Origin: Syntrophorhabdaceae bacterium
GTDB taxonomy: Bacteria; Desulfobacterota; Syntrophorhabdia; Syntrophorhabdales; Syntrophorhabdaceae
Direction of reading: 5' to 3'
Assembly: GCA_963665295.1 (NCBI GenBank)
Contig: OY762209.1
Location: 5,444,165-5,508,164, forward strand
DNA length: 64,000 nt
Numbering within the stretch: position 1 is the stretch's first letter; each line of letters starts with the position of its first letter. Positions 36,598-44,975 of the stretch are shown one piece after another. A program made the translations under genes and the position numbers. The notes beneath the pieces were generated by a model that was given only the letters and a program-made list of their open reading frames with translations, was not told the origin of the DNA and searched no databases.

Positions 36598-39192
36598 TCA
36601 AAAAACGATGAAAAGGGCAAGGCACGTGAGGATGATGAGTATCTGGTGCAAACGGTAGGAAAGGGAATGAAGGCGATATTGACCGCGGAGCCTTCTCAGC
36701 AGGTACAGGGAAAGAGCGCCTCCCGCGAGAGCGAGCAGCGGGGGAAGGCCCTGAAGGATCGCCAGGTTTGATTCGGCCTGCAGCGGGCCGGCGTTGCCGA
36801 AGCCCAGGAGTTGCGACAGAAGGCGGGGGATTTCACTGCCCCGTGAGATGAATTGGCCGAAGTAGATATCGAAAAGTCCGAGGAAGGCCAGGGGCAGATA
36901 GGCGTATCCCGCATAGGTGAAGTCCTTGCTCCATGCAGCAAGTTTCTTTGTCCTCGACGCGAGGAACGCAAGGGCCGCAAACCCCACCGTCAGGGCAACG
37001 CCTGTGAGAAAATACTCCCCCCGTGTGTGGAAATGGATTTCAGGAATGGCCGGGACGGCAAAGGTCCTGTGATCGCCGAGCCACCTGAGCGTCTGCGAGG
37101 CAAGGACGGAACCCGTGAGAAGCACCACAAAGGCGGTTCGCGATAGATTCCAGCTCTTCATGGCGAGGACCCGCTGATGGGGGAATAATATATCGAGGTG
37201 TACCGATCTCTGTTTGCACTTCTTCGCGCAGCGGAAACAGAGAATGCAGTCGTGCCGCGTCCTCTCCGATGACGGGTGGATCCCCATGGGACAGTTCTTC
37301 TCCTTGAGGCAGGTGCGGTTCTCACATTGCCACACACAGACCCTGCTGTTGGCCCTCAGTTCCACGAGTGAAAGCACTGCGAGGTCACCCAGCATCCTCC
37401 CCATGGGACAGATATGAAGACACCATATCCTCTTTCCAAAAAGCAATGCCGTAATGATCGCACTGCCCGATATGGAGAGAAACACCAGTCCCGTAACGCG
37501 GCCATTGAGAAATGCCTCCGTCACATGCTCGATCCAGAAAATGGAGATAAACGCCGTAATGCCCGCCCATATTCCATATTTTTTCATCAACCCCGGGAAA
37601 GACAGGAACTTCTTCCGGCCATACACGAGAGTATTGCTTACCGCTGAGATAGGGCAGTAAGAGCAAAAACCCCTCCCGCTTACGACGACCGAAAGAAGGA
37701 GTGAGGGCCAGAGCAAGGACCAGGCGATGATGTTGCCCAGATTTTGCTCCCGGGGGCCGAAAAGGGTGTAGAAGATAAGGCAAAGGAACAGGGGGATCGT
37801 GAGATAACGGAGCATGCCCGGAAGAACCAGCCTGTGCCGGAAAAATTTGCTGAGCGCCAGTTTCCTCAACAGGTTTATTCCCGTCGACGGGGACAAGGAG
37901 TGCCTGATGTCGAGAAATATATGGTCTTCCTCTATGGTCTTGCCCTGGGAGGCTGATACGGCCTGGCTGATCACCGTATTCAATTCAGCGAAATTCAAAG
38001 GCCACCCGTAGCCGACGAGGGTTTTCATCGCACTCTTCGAGAACCTGCCGACGTGCCCCTGATTTCTGCGTTTATACCGGGTGAGGAACTCCTGCGCCAT
38101 GGCGGGGATATCCTCTCTTCTTTCCCGCAAGGGGATGATCCTCAGGGTCCGTTCTTGCAGCAACTCGAACAATTCCCTGTTGAACCTTCCCTGCTCAACC
38201 ATGGTCTCCAAATCGCGGGTGGTCGTTGAGATAATACGGACTTTGCTTGTCCGTTGCTGCTCGGAACCGACCCTGGAAAAGCGGGAGGTCTGAAGGTATC
38301 GCAAAAGCATGGTCTGGACCTTCGGGACCAGGTCTTCAACATGGTCGAGGACAAGGGTTCCCGTGTCGGCCAGATCGAGGTATCCCCTTCTCCAGCCCCA
38401 GGCATACACCGTGCTTCCCGCAACATGGCCGAAAAGGCCCGATTCCTGTGCCTCCTCGAGGGCTGAGGGCGTCGGCTCCCGGCGCACCTTCGGAGGCGTG
38501 GAGCAGTTCAGAGAGAGGAATGGGCGGTAGTTCGCGTTACTCTTGGAGATTATGAGCCGCGCGATAAAGACCCTTTCTGTCCCCGCTTCTCCGGAGATCA
38601 GCACGTTTGCATCAGTGGCGGCTATTTCCTCGACGAGCCTGTTCAAGTCTCTGGTCCACGTGGTAACCCCCGGGAGACACTCCTCATTCAGGGGCTCGCG
38701 GACGGAGAGGAGGCTGCGCGAAACCCCTTTCACTGACTTTACCCGCTCTCCCTGCCATTTCACCTTGGCCTTGGCAACACGTTTTTCCAGGAACTGCATC
38801 AGCCTTGAGCTGAACTCCGGGAAAACCACGTGCAAACCCGGATATCCTTCCTGGCCTATTTCCACAGCCAGTACCGGGGTAACCGCCTTAACGTGGGCTG
38901 AGCGCGGTTCCCCTGCAAGGAGTCCCAGTTCGCCGAAGAAGCTCCCTTCCTGCAAAGTGGCGATAGTATAGTCGTGACCCTCGGCATTGGTTAACGTAAC
39001 GGCGACCTTGCCCCTGAGGATAACAAACATGGAGTGCCCGGGCTCGCCCCGCAAAAAGACGTATTCCCCTGTATGAAAGATTCTCCGCGACACGTGTTCG
39101 GCAATGGCCGCTGCAGTCCCGGCGGATATGCCCTGGAAGAGGGATATCGTTTCCAGTTCTTCTTTTGAGATTGGATTATTGTCGGTCTTCAC
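36598..39192 (-). CDS. cNMP-binding / degenerate sigma54-type AAA+ / 4Fe-4S-binding membrane protein
   Basis: FFGELGLL..PRSA, AAA remnants, CxxCP motifs, CILCFRCAKKC and many TMs. Confidence 0.8.
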   Translation of the reverse strand: MKTDNNPISKEELETISLFQGISAGTAAAIAEHVSRRIFHTGEYVFLRGEPGHSMFVILRGKVAVTLTNAEGHDYTIATLQEGSFFGELGLLAGEPRSAHVKAVTPVLAVEIGQEGYPGLHVVFPEFSSRLMQFLEKRVAKAKVKWQGERVKSVKGVSRSLLSVREPLNEECLPGVTTWTRDLNRLVEEIAATDANVLISGEAGTERVFIARLIISKSNANYRPFLSLNCSTPPKVRREPTPSALEEAQESGLFGHVAGSTVYAWGWRRGYLDLADTGTLVLDHVEDLVPKVQTMLLRYLQTSRFSRVGSEQQRTSKVRIISTTTRDLETMVEQGRFNRELFELLQERTLRIIPLRERREDIPAMAQEFLTRYKRRNQGHVGRFSKSAMKTLVGYGWPLNFAELNTVISQAVSASQGKTIEEDHIFLDIRHSLSPSTGINLLRKLALSKFFRHRLVLPGMLRYLTIPLFLCLIFYTLFGPREQNLGNIIAWSLLWPSLLLSVVVSGRGFCSYCPISAVSNTLVYGRKKFLSFPGLMKKYGIWAGITAFISIFWIEHVTEAFLNGRVTGLVFLSISGSAIITALLFGKRIWCLHICPMGRMLGDLAVLSLVELRANSRVCVWQCENRTCLKEKNCPMGIHPSSERTRHDCILCFRCAKKCKQRSVHLDILFPHQRVLAMKSWNLSRTAFVVLLTGSVLASQTLRWLGDHRTFAVPAIPEIHFHTRGEYFLTGVALTVGFAALAFLASRTKKLAAWSKDFTYAGYAYLPLAFLGLFDIYFGQFISRGSEIPRLLSQLLGFGNAGPLQAESNLAILQGLPPLLALAGGALSLYLLRRLRGQYRLHSLSYRLHQILIILTCLALFIVF

Positions 39193-39439
39193 CCTTGAAA
39201 ATACCGTCGCAAAGGCCGCACGGAGATCGTCCCGCCCATGATCGAAAGTGTCCTGGCTGATGTGCCGATAGGGTCGTTGCTCCCCTGGACACCTTTATGC
39301 CTTATACGTCGTTCCCGCATAAAATTAGTAATATATCTTGCATCTTTTCGCAACTATTTGCAACTCTTCGCAAAGCAGGGTGATGAATGCGTGGTGTTAT
39401 GCGTGCGCCGGTTTCTTCTGCGCTGTGTCCCTTAGAGAC

Positions 39440-40447
39440 TCACGAACAACCCTCCGTGCATATACTGCACCGGGTCATCAGGCGCAGGTGTTCCGCATAA
39501 GGTTCCGATGCGAGAAAATCGACCATGCCTGTGTCCCGGATATTGCCGAGAGCTTTTGAATGGATGCACCCCCTTAAGTCACCGTGGGGGCTCACGAAAA
39601 TCAACCTGTCGCTCCGGCAATGGCCTTGCTGCCGCAACGGCCCTGCAAAATGGCGGTACCACCTTTGGATATCCGGGTATGGCAGAAAGATCCGTTCATC
39701 GCTTTTCGCCATCTGAAAAACGGTATCCACCGCCGCGAGCATAGAGGGAAGCATCTTCCCGCTGCAAGGAGGTTTGGCTTTATGGTAATTCGTGACATCG
39801 ATTCCATCGTATAAATGGACAGGGGAGACAAGAATACGGTCCAGATCAAGATTTTGCAAAAATTCAAGGGTCTCACCAATAGAACGGCAATTATCTTCCT
39901 GCAAAGTCAGGATGGCGCCGATTCTGGTTTCAATGCCCGGTCTCTTTTTGATGCGAAGCAAGGACAGCAGGTTGGAGGTCACGGCACGGTGAGCATCTAC
40001 TCCCCGGACGGCTCTTATCTCATCAGGATAAATGGAATCGTATGAAGTGAAGATGAAATGCCGGCGGTCCGACAGAGTCTTCAGCGTCTTCTGCATCTGT
40101 TCGGGCGTCACCCGGTATAAATTCGTGGTAAGTGAGACAAAGAGCCCGATCCGCGCACTATACTCCACTATCTCATTCAGGTCCGGCGACAGCGTCGGCT
40201 CTCCGCCGGACAGGACAAACCGGCGGCCGCCGGCAAAGCGGAAAGGCGCCAGCACCAGGTTTTTGATCTCTTCGGGAGTCATGCGGTCAAAATGACTGGT
40301 CCCATGACTTCGAGTCATGCACATGGGACATGCCATATTGCAACGATCTTCCAATTGAAAATGCAGCACCTTTGGCTGAGCAAAGAGAAGGTCCTTCAGG
40401 TTGCGCTTCAACCGGTATAACCTCCAGATGGGGCATCCTGCGTGCAC
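39440..40447 (-). CDS. radical SAM protein with SPASM/Twitch-like C-terminus (start uncertain)
   Basis: CNMACPMC, SGGEP and C...SPHGDLRGC...GNI...CSICTEGC motifs. Confidence 0.85.
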   Translation of the reverse strand: MHAGCPIWRLYRLKRNLKDLLFAQPKVLHFQLEDRCNMACPMCMTRSHGTSHFDRMTPEEIKNLVLAPFRFAGGRRFVLSGGEPTLSPDLNEIVEYSARIGLFVSLTTNLYRVTPEQMQKTLKTLSDRRHFIFTSYDSIYPDEIRAVRGVDAHRAVTSNLLSLLRIKKRPGIETRIGAILTLQEDNCRSIGETLEFLQNLDLDRILVSPVHLYDGIDVTNYHKAKPPCSGKMLPSMLAAVDTVFQMAKSDERIFLPYPDIQRWYRHFAGPLRQQGHCRSDRLIFVSPHGDLRGCIHSKALGNIRDTGMVDFLASEPYAEHLRLMTRCSICTEGCS

Positions 40448-41433
40448 ATATCGTCCATGACGAACCTGGCTGCCGAACGGAGACGGTCCAATCCCTCGGG
40501 GAGCCGGAGGCGGCGAACGGCCACTTTTGCCGCTATGCGGGCGCTGAGCGCCATTGCCTGTGCGGGTGGTCTTTCCAGCCAGGAATTGCCGTAAAGACAT
40601 CGGGCGACGGCGATGGCCGCCTGACTGCGCGACAAGGTTTCGATTCGCGGAACTCTGAGATCGGTACTGCGTCCCGACAAAACATAAATCGTCTTGAGAG
40701 GCGCCGGGCCATAATGAAAACCTCCCGGCAGGCGCAAGGCGTCTACCCATTTCTCCGGACATTCCGGTTCCGTTACGTATACGGGAAGCAGGGAACTTTC
40801 CGGCCAACCCAAAGCATCCGCCGTTTTCGGCGTGATCTTCAGTCGCGGGTACCCCGCTTGAACAAAAGGGTCGGTAGCATGCCAGACCAGGGCGCTCACA
40901 TCATCGGTATGGAACGGCAAACCTTCGACTGCCAGAGCGGCCGCCAGGCTGGATTTTCCTGCACCGCTCGAACCCATGAACAAGTAGGCCATGCCATTCT
41001 TCACCAGAGACGTAGCGTGCAGAACGGGCATCCCCCGGAGATGGAGGACGATGGCCATACCAACGGAGAACAGGCCCAACAGGCTGTCCCGCCATTCGGG
41101 ATAGCTCCGGCGGAGGGATATAATTGTTCCCCCGGGGTCATAGACAAATTCAAGGACATGTCTGTTGGGATTTTGAAAACGCAATACCCATCGCTTTCCC
41201 TGCCGCCGGTACACTTTGGTCATCGCGCCGGGCGGCTCGCCGTCAGGGAGGGGAATGAGGTCCTCAAAATGGATGTTCAGATCGACCGTGTCGGCTTCAA
41301 TGACCGGAAGAGGGAGGGACAGATTGCTTCGGACCCGCAAACCATAGAGAGAGTAGGTTGCCGCCCTGCCTGGGCACGTTGCTTCAACTTCCGGAGGGCG
41401 GCAATTTGTACAGTGGATCACGTCAGCATCCAT
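40408..41433 (-). CDS. HPr-kinase-like Ser kinase (lasso-peptide kinase type)
   Basis: YSLYGLRVRS, LHAT, GSSGAGKS Walker A and TDD motifs. Confidence 0.8.
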   Translation of the reverse strand: MDADVIHCTNCRPPEVEATCPGRAATYSLYGLRVRSNLSLPLPVIEADTVDLNIHFEDLIPLPDGEPPGAMTKVYRRQGKRWVLRFQNPNRHVLEFVYDPGGTIISLRRSYPEWRDSLLGLFSVGMAIVLHLRGMPVLHATSLVKNGMAYLFMGSSGAGKSSLAAALAVEGLPFHTDDVSALVWHATDPFVQAGYPRLKITPKTADALGWPESSLLPVYVTEPECPEKWVDALRLPGGFHYGPAPLKTIYVLSGRSTDLRVPRIETLSRSQAAIAVARCLYGNSWLERPPAQAMALSARIAAKVAVRRLRLPEGLDRLRSAARFVMDDMCTQDAPSGGYTG

Positions 41434-42376
41434 CGTTTTCACCATCAACATCGATTTGCTTCCGGTATTCCTGAAAAATGGCCTCGCATTCGTCCTCCAG
41501 GCCGATTGAACGTTCACAGGTTTCCTGCCATCGCAGGGCCATTTTCTTACGCAGAAGAGGGTCCGGGGACCGGGCCAGATCAACGAGCCATTGACCGGCC
41601 CGACGCAGTTCCCCAAGGCCCGTCAAGGGTTGCTTGTCCGAAACCCGCGCCAGGGGGAGATAATCGTGCAAAGGGGTGTGGGGGTACAGCTCATAGAAGT
41701 AACGGAAACGATACTTTTGGAAATCGGACCTGGTTTCCCGGTAGTACACCATGTGAGCCTGCTGATCATGGAAGCGGTATCGGAGAAGTGCTTCCTGTAT
41801 ATTGCCCATCCTGTACCTGGAGGCCAGACGCGTCCACATCTCGTAGTCTTCAAGCTTCGCCCTTGTGTTGTACGGATGTTCTTTCAGAATGCAGGCGCGC
41901 ATCATAACCGCCGACTGGGCCAGACCGTTGCGAAAGAGCAATTCCCGCCGGATATCTTCATGCTGTTCCGGATACCAGAAAACGCCCTGCCTTAGACCGA
42001 TTGTTTCAGCAAGGGCGCCGCATATATCCAATTCCGCCGATCGGATCCGGGCAAGCTGTGTTTGGAAACGATGGGGAAGAGCAACATCATCGGCGTCCAT
42101 GCGGGCGATCCAGGCCCCCCGTGCATGTCCCACGGCGGCATTGGCAGCTGAGGGGCTGCCGCCATGTTCCAAAAAGAGGGGGAGAATACGGTCATCCCTC
42201 CGGGCATAGTCACGGATGATATCCGCCGTCCGGTCTGTTGAGCCGTCGTCCACGATAACAAACTCAAAGTCCCCGAAGGTTTGTCCGAGAATGGATTCGA
42301 TGGCCTCCGCGACAAAGGACTCGCTGTTATAGGCGGGCATGACCGCCGAAATGGCCGGTGATTTGCGTCCTCTCAT
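41423..42376 (-). CDS. glycosyltransferase family 2
   Basis: SAVMPAYN, VDDGSTD, ARMDADD and EDYEMW motifs. Confidence 0.9.
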   Translation of the reverse strand: MRGRKSPAISAVMPAYNSESFVAEAIESILGQTFGDFEFVIVDDGSTDRTADIIRDYARRDDRILPLFLEHGGSPSAANAAVGHARGAWIARMDADDVALPHRFQTQLARIRSAELDICGALAETIGLRQGVFWYPEQHEDIRRELLFRNGLAQSAVMMRACILKEHPYNTRAKLEDYEMWTRLASRYRMGNIQEALLRYRFHDQQAHMVYYRETRSDFQKYRFRYFYELYPHTPLHDYLPLARVSDKQPLTGLGELRRAGQWLVDLARSPDPLLRKKMALRWQETCERSIGLEDECEAIFQEYRKQIDVDGENDGC

Positions 42377-42549
42377 GAATAAGCGAATGAGCCATCGTCA
42401 TTCAGGCCGGCACCGCCTGCAGTCTCCCGGTAATCCTCCTCCATGATCTCCGGTGTCTGCCAGGGCCGCTTGAGGGATGCGTCAATTGCCGTTGTCGTGG
42501 GAAGGTCCGTCGCCCCGGCGACTTTCCCGTCCGTACCGTTGTTCTTCAT
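42373..42549 (-). CDS. lasso peptide precursor (58 aa; predicted core GGAGLNDDGSFAYS)
   Basis: Leader WQTPEI (Y/WxxPxL-type), Thr at -2, Gly1, Asp7/Asp8, C-terminal Ser; RBS AGAGGAGG. Confidence 0.85.
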   Translation of the reverse strand: MKNNGTDGKVAGATDLPTTTAIDASLKRPWQTPEIMEEDYRETAGGAGLNDDGSFAYS

Positions 42550-42568
42550 CTTTTGCCTCCTCTTTTGT

Positions 42569-44506
42569 TTAGTTTGACAAATCCATAATGAAACGCCCCG
42601 CCATGACGCCCCGCAAAAGAAGCGACGCCGCCCGCCGGTTTGTTTCCGGAGTAACCGACCTGAGTAGAGATTGCCAGGCCTTCTGCATGGCAATCACATC
42701 GATATAGGATATGACCGTTCCGTGGGAAGCCAGGGAGCGCAGTTCCTCCTCCATTTCATCCCTATGATCCAGAAGCCTGAGACCTACATCGGCCGCCTGC
42801 TTGCCCCTGACGGCGTTGCCGCGCACCTCGTCGGGCAATATGCCCGCCGTCGCCCGCCGCGCCACCATCCGTTCCCCGCCGTCGCGGACATATTGCTCTT
42901 CGGGGATGCCGAAGCAAAACGTAAGCAACCAGGCGTCCGCGGTGGGGTCCCGAATGTCCATCCGAAATGCTGCGCCCAGGTGGTGATCGATATACGCCCC
43001 TGGAGCATTAACTTCTATGGTCCGGCGGCGTTCCCATTCGGGAGAACGGGGAGAGACAACGGTGAGGCCGTGGAACTCGTCGCGTATGGATTCTCTTAAG
43101 GCCATACGCCGGGCGAAGTCCGGGCTGACGGCGCTGTAGGCTCCCCAAGGAGGTTCAGTGGGGCGGAGAAGCCGCCGCCCGCTGTGCCACAGGGGGCCGA
43201 GCATCGGACCGAGCAGATGGCGGCGGACCGTCCGATACCAGGACAGTCCTTGTTTCGCTTTGTATGCGCGCAACGCCTGAATACCTTCACCAAAACGGCC
43301 CTGAAGGAGATTGAAATAGATCCTGTTGCTTCCGCCGGTCCAGGAGATGCCGCCGTTCCCCAGTTGCCCTGTAAGAAGGACCTTGATGCCCCGATTTTGC
43401 GCTTCCTGGTGCGTCGCGTGAATCCAGTACATATTGCCCGCTGCATGGAGGGGACAGCCGAAGATGCGGAGGCTGTCGCGGATCACCGCGAGGGGTGAGA
43501 CGCCTTCGGCCCGGATGGGTATATGCTCTATATTGTGATATTTTGCCGCCACAGTTTGAGCTATGGCCCACTCATCGGCCAACGCTCCGGGAACGAGATG
43601 ACCGGCCGGATAAAAAGGGACCGACGTAAAGGAGGTTAAGGTCCGTCCTGTACCGCGGAGGGCCTCCGCCGCCAGGGCCGTGACGGAACCTGAATCGAGA
43701 CCCGCGCTTAACTGGGACGCCACCGGTCCGTTGGAGTTAAGCCTTACCCTCACGGCCCGGCGGAAGTGGTCGAGGAAGCCTTCCAAGTATTCCTCATCTG
43801 AGGAAAGACGGATTTGCGGTACCTCGTCAAGACTCCAGTATTTGCTCAGGTGAATGGTCCGAGGCGTCAGACTCAGGCTGTGAGCGGGAAGGAGAAGCCG
43901 GACATCATTCCAGAAGGTATGGGACCACCTGTCTTCATTGCCGGGAAGGACCGCGAGATAGCGGGCAAGGTGCCCCTCGTCCAAGGTCCCACGAAATTCC
44001 GGCAAGGCCAGAATAGCCTTGGGAGTCGATGCAAAGGCAAAGACCGGGGGTTTACGGCAGTAAAACACGCCTGTATTGCCCAGGTGGTCGCGGGCGGCAA
44101 AGAGGCGACGGCGCTTCCCATCCCACGCAGCAAAAGACCAGTCACCAAAGAGATGTTTCGGAGCGTCTTCACTGAAGCGCTCAAAAGCAAGGGAGACAAG
44201 GCGGCCATCGGGAAGGGTGCGCCGAAGAGGCGTGGGAATGTGGAACAGGTCGCAAAGCTCATCCCGATTGTCCAGGCGGGCCGCGGCAACCATGAAAATA
44301 CGTGACTCCGGGTTTGAATAGGGCATCCGTTCACGCCGTCCCTCGGGAGTAGTACAGAGGTGAGCGTAGCCCAGCATGGCACAGCCCTCGACGCGGACCT
44401 CCATCCCGTCATGACCCCACCCGGCCATAGCCCTTTGCATGGCATCTATTCGATCCGGCTGCACCGGACGTCCGTCAAGATAGACCAGACCAAAAATGGC
44501 GCTCAT
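42569..44506 (-). CDS. lasso peptide cyclase (asparagine-synthetase-like, C protein)
   Basis: MSAIFG start (Ser in place of the glutaminase Cys), SQLSAGLDSG ATP-pyrophosphatase motif, LLTGQLG and DIRDPTAD. Confidence 0.85.
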   Translation of the reverse strand: MSAIFGLVYLDGRPVQPDRIDAMQRAMAGWGHDGMEVRVEGCAMLGYAHLCTTPEGRRERMPYSNPESRIFMVAAARLDNRDELCDLFHIPTPLRRTLPDGRLVSLAFERFSEDAPKHLFGDWSFAAWDGKRRRLFAARDHLGNTGVFYCRKPPVFAFASTPKAILALPEFRGTLDEGHLARYLAVLPGNEDRWSHTFWNDVRLLLPAHSLSLTPRTIHLSKYWSLDEVPQIRLSSDEEYLEGFLDHFRRAVRVRLNSNGPVASQLSAGLDSGSVTALAAEALRGTGRTLTSFTSVPFYPAGHLVPGALADEWAIAQTVAAKYHNIEHIPIRAEGVSPLAVIRDSLRIFGCPLHAAGNMYWIHATHQEAQNRGIKVLLTGQLGNGGISWTGGSNRIYFNLLQGRFGEGIQALRAYKAKQGLSWYRTVRRHLLGPMLGPLWHSGRRLLRPTEPPWGAYSAVSPDFARRMALRESIRDEFHGLTVVSPRSPEWERRRTIEVNAPGAYIDHHLGAAFRMDIRDPTADAWLLTFCFGIPEEQYVRDGGERMVARRATAGILPDEVRGNAVRGKQAADVGLRLLDHRDEMEEELRSLASHGTVISYIDVIAMQKAWQSLLRSVTPETNRRAASLLLRGVMAGRFIMDLSN

Positions 44507-44581
44507 GTACGCATCATCTTCCTAGGAAATCGTCGTACTAAAAACGCTCCAGCCCACTCACTTCCGTACCTGCATCACGCT

Positions 44582-44899
44582 TTATGGCGCTTTCCGGATC
44601 AACCCCTTTTCGTCCAGTTTTGACAGGAAGGTCAGGACTTCCACTCTGCACAACTCAGGTGGAACGTCGAAGGTTTCCAGTAATCCTGCACAAAGGGACT
44701 CAACCGTGACGGGGGCCTCAAGGGATCGCCAGATTATCGCCGCCATTTCATTAAGAGCATAGTATTTGCCTGCATCTACGTCGAACATTACCAGCTCCTC
44801 GTGAACCGGCGACGACAAAACGTCCGAAGCCCGAAGGATCTTTCCCTGTAGGTCCACCGCTTCCTTTTCCACGCCAAAGTGTATCACAATAATGCCCAT
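44582..44899 (-). CDS. PqqD-family RiPP recognition element (B1)
   Basis: ELVMFD..GKYYALNE.AAIIW..LE and FL..L..KGLI motifs. Confidence 0.88.
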   Translation of the reverse strand: MGIIVIHFGVEKEAVDLQGKILRASDVLSSPVHEELVMFDVDAGKYYALNEMAAIIWRSLEAPVTVESLCAGLLETFDVPPELCRVEVLTFLSKLDEKGLIRKAP

Positions 44900-44975
44900 G
44901 GTGCATCATGTTTTTGTAGGCATGTCTACCCGACAAACCTGCAGATCAGAGGTTATCGAACCGTCCCGTTGCTCC

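Noticed and set aside
39300..39420. Possible attC half-site (GCATAAC on the minus strand) at the lasso cluster edge
   Set aside because: No matching L boxes or GTT partner at a suitable distance.
40448..40807. N-terminal extension of the radical SAM ORF in the ORF track
   Set aside because: Overlaps the kinase gene by about 400 nt; a start near 40447 is more plausible.
40330..41907. Long + strand ORF (525 aa) and similar shadow ORFs (17899-19125, 47935-49098, 49514-50599, 55682-56719)
   Set aside because: Antisense to well-supported genes in GC-rich DNA and lacking recognisable motifs.
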